Assembly: GCA_002269645.1 (NCBI GenBank)
Contig: NIVC01000221.1
Coordinates: forward strand, 62,001 to 126,000
Length of the DNA: 64,000 nt
DNA from: Macrostomum lignano
Taxonomy: Eukaryota
Direction: 5' to 3'
The notes beneath the pieces are model-generated. The model searched no databases, was not told where the DNA came from, and saw only the letters and a list, made by a program, of their open reading frames with translations. The position numbers were made by a program, and so were the translations under genes. This document shows, piece by piece, positions 62,101 through 64,000 of the stretch (its first letter is position 1; each line of letters begins with the position of its first letter).

Positions 62101-62460
62101 GCCGATGGCGTAGATGGACTCGCAGGTGGTCCTGTCGGCATCGTTGACAACAATACGACCAGCTTTGCTCAGCGACACCCCGGCGGACTCCAAGCCCAGC
62201 TGCGAGAACACCGGAGCGCGCCCGATAGCGAAGAGCACCGTGTCGCACTGGACAACCTGCTGGCTGGGTTTGCCGCCATCGGCTGGCGTCACCGACACCT
62301 TGAAGTTGATCCGGCCGCTGCTGGAGTCGCGCTCGAGGGACACCGGCACAGCGGGACGGATGAACTTCACGCCGGAGTGCTCGCTCATGTAGGCGCCAAT
62401 CAGATCCGCCATCTCCTGGTCGAATCCGCGCAGAAGGATGCTGCGGACTACGACATGCAC
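59173..62460 (-). CDS. TrxR: Selenocysteine-containing thioredoxin reductase-family gene (TrxR or TGR), last three coding exons; 5' part lies beyond the window
   Basis: Exons 62460-62056 ([14 protein letters not shown]...VLFAIGR...IYAIGD...LTPAAIQ), 60907-60565 (AGRMLARRL...[17 protein letters not shown]...[12 protein letters not shown]) and 59297-59173 ([46 protein letters not shown]). Canonical GT-AG splice sites with consistent phases (0, 1). TrxR versus TGR cannot be decided without the N-terminus. Confidence 0.93.
59760..60530. repeat. Intronic minisatellite (aaagacacc-based, about 28-bp units)
   Basis: Tandem units inside the last TrxR intron. Confidence 0.9.
60990..61935. repeat. Intronic 20-bp minisatellite (cccataaactcccagtctat)n
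   Basis: Tandem units fill most of the TrxR intron 60908-62055. Confidence 0.95.
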
Positions 62461-62479
62461 CTGCGGTGGGGTGGAATGA

Positions 62480-64000
62480 GGCGGATTGCTCAGGCCTAGT
62501 ACCAGATAAAATGGAAGATTTCTCAGGTCTAGTACTAGATGAAATGGTAGATTGTTCAGGTCTAGTGCCAGATAAAATGGAAGATTTCTCAGGTCTAGTA
62601 CTAGATGAAATGGTAGATTGTTCAGGTCTAGTGCCAGATAAAATGGCAGATTGCTCAGGTCTAGTACTAGATGAAATGGTAGATTGTTCAGGTCTAGTGC
62701 CAGATAAAATGGCAGATTGCTCAGGTCTAGTACTAGATGAAATGGTAGATTGCTCAGGTCTAGTGCCAGATAAAATGGCAGATTGCTCAGGTCTAGTACT
62801 AGATGAAATGGTAGATTGCTCAGGTCTAGTGCCAGATAAAATGGCAGATTGCTCAGGTCTAGTACTAGATGAAATGGTAGATTGCTCAGGTCTAGTGCCA
62901 GATAAAATGGCAGATTGCTCAGGTCTAGTACTAGATGAAATGGTAGATTGTTCAGGTCTAGTGCCAGATAAAATGGCAGATTGCTCAGGTCTAGTACTAG
63001 ATGAAATGGTAGATTGCTCAGGTCTAGTGCCAGATAAAATGGCAGATTGCTCAGGTCTAGTACTAGATGAAATGGTAGATTGCTCAGGTCTAGTGCCAGA
63101 TAAAATGGCAGATTGCTCAGGTCTAGTACTAGATGAAATGGTAGATTGCTCAGGTCTAGTGCCAGATAAAATGGCAGATTGCTCAGGTCTAGTACTAGAT
63201 GAAATGGTAGATTGTTCAGGTCTAGTGCCAGATAAAATGGTAGATTGCTCAGGTCTAGTGCTAGATGAAATTTCAGATTGTTGAGGCTTAGTGGTAGATG
63301 AATTGGTAGATTGCTTCGGCTTGGCGGTAGATGAAATGGCAGATTGTTCAGGCTTGGTGCCAGATGAAATGGTAGATTGTTCAGGCTTAGTGGTAGATAA
63401 AATGGCAGAATGCTCACGCTTGGTGTTAGATAAAATGGTAGATTGTTCAGGCTTGTTGCTAGATGAAATGGCAGATTGTTCATAGATAAAATGACAGATA
63501 ATATGGCAGAGTGTTCAGGCTTGGTGCTAGATGAAATGGCCAGATTGTTCAGGCTTGGTGCTAGATGAAATGGCAGATTGTTCAGGCTTGGTGCCAGATG
63601 AAATGGCAGATTGTTCAGGCTTGGTGCTAGATGAAATGGCAGATTGTTCAGGCTTGGTGCCAGATGAAATGGCAGATTGTTCATAGATAAAATGACAGAT
63701 AATATGGCAGAGTGTTCAGGCTTGGTGCTAGATGAAATGGCCAGATTGTTCAGGCTTGGTGCTAGATGAAATGGCAGATTGTTCAGGCTTGGTGCCAGAT
63801 GAAATGGCAGATTGTTCATAGATAAAATGACAGATAATATGGCAGAGTGTTCAGGCTTGGTGCTAGATGAAATGGCCAGATTGTTCAGGCTTGGTGGTAG
63901 ATAAAATGGCAGAATGCTCACGCTTGGTGTTAGATAAAATGGTAGATTGTTCAGGCTTGTTGCTAGATGAAATGGCAGATTGTTCATAGATAAAATGACA
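62480..64000. repeat. Intronic 21-bp (42-bp dimeric) minisatellite (gattgctcaggtctagt.c.agat.aaatgg.a)n
   Basis: Tandem units upstream of TrxR exon 62460; runs off the window end. Confidence 0.95.

Noticed and set aside
62038-63987. 649-aa minus-strand ORF (repeat-rich N-terminus fused to a reductase segment)
   Set aside because: The first about 510 codons are the 21-bp intronic minisatellite, which is stop-free because the unit length is a multiple of 3. A proper acceptor (ccgcag) precedes the real exon at 62460.

Overview
Eukaryotic (intron-containing, repeat-rich) animal DNA, most plausibly the flatworm Macrostomum lignano or a relative. That assignment is inferred from a match to the recalled Macrostomum spliced-leader 5' sequence and the minisatellite-filled introns, and is not proven. 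About 55 kb of the window is a tandem birth-and-death cluster of two-exon genes encoding small secreted proteins (signal peptide + WSC domain in exon 1, PAN/Apple-like 4-Cys module in exon 2): 7 intact copies and 5 pseudogenes or fragments, embedded in segmentally duplicated flanks. Inserted in the cluster are: three related non-autonomous retroposon copies with a spliced-leader-like head and an (AAC)n tail; a near-intact LOA-like LINE (ORF1; APE-RT-RNase H-CCHC) flanked by an apparently exact 2,498-bp direct duplication; a tRNA-derived SINE; a solo LTR; a Harbinger MITE; a DINE/HINE-like element; an RTE fragment with a 5' inversion; and many mini/microsatellites. The right end holds the last three coding exons of a minus-strand selenoprotein thioredoxin reductase-family gene (C-terminal G-C-U-G) with a recognisable SECIS about 0.63 kb downstream of the UGA. 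Most long ORFs in the supplied track other than these are repeat-derived or antisense artefacts.
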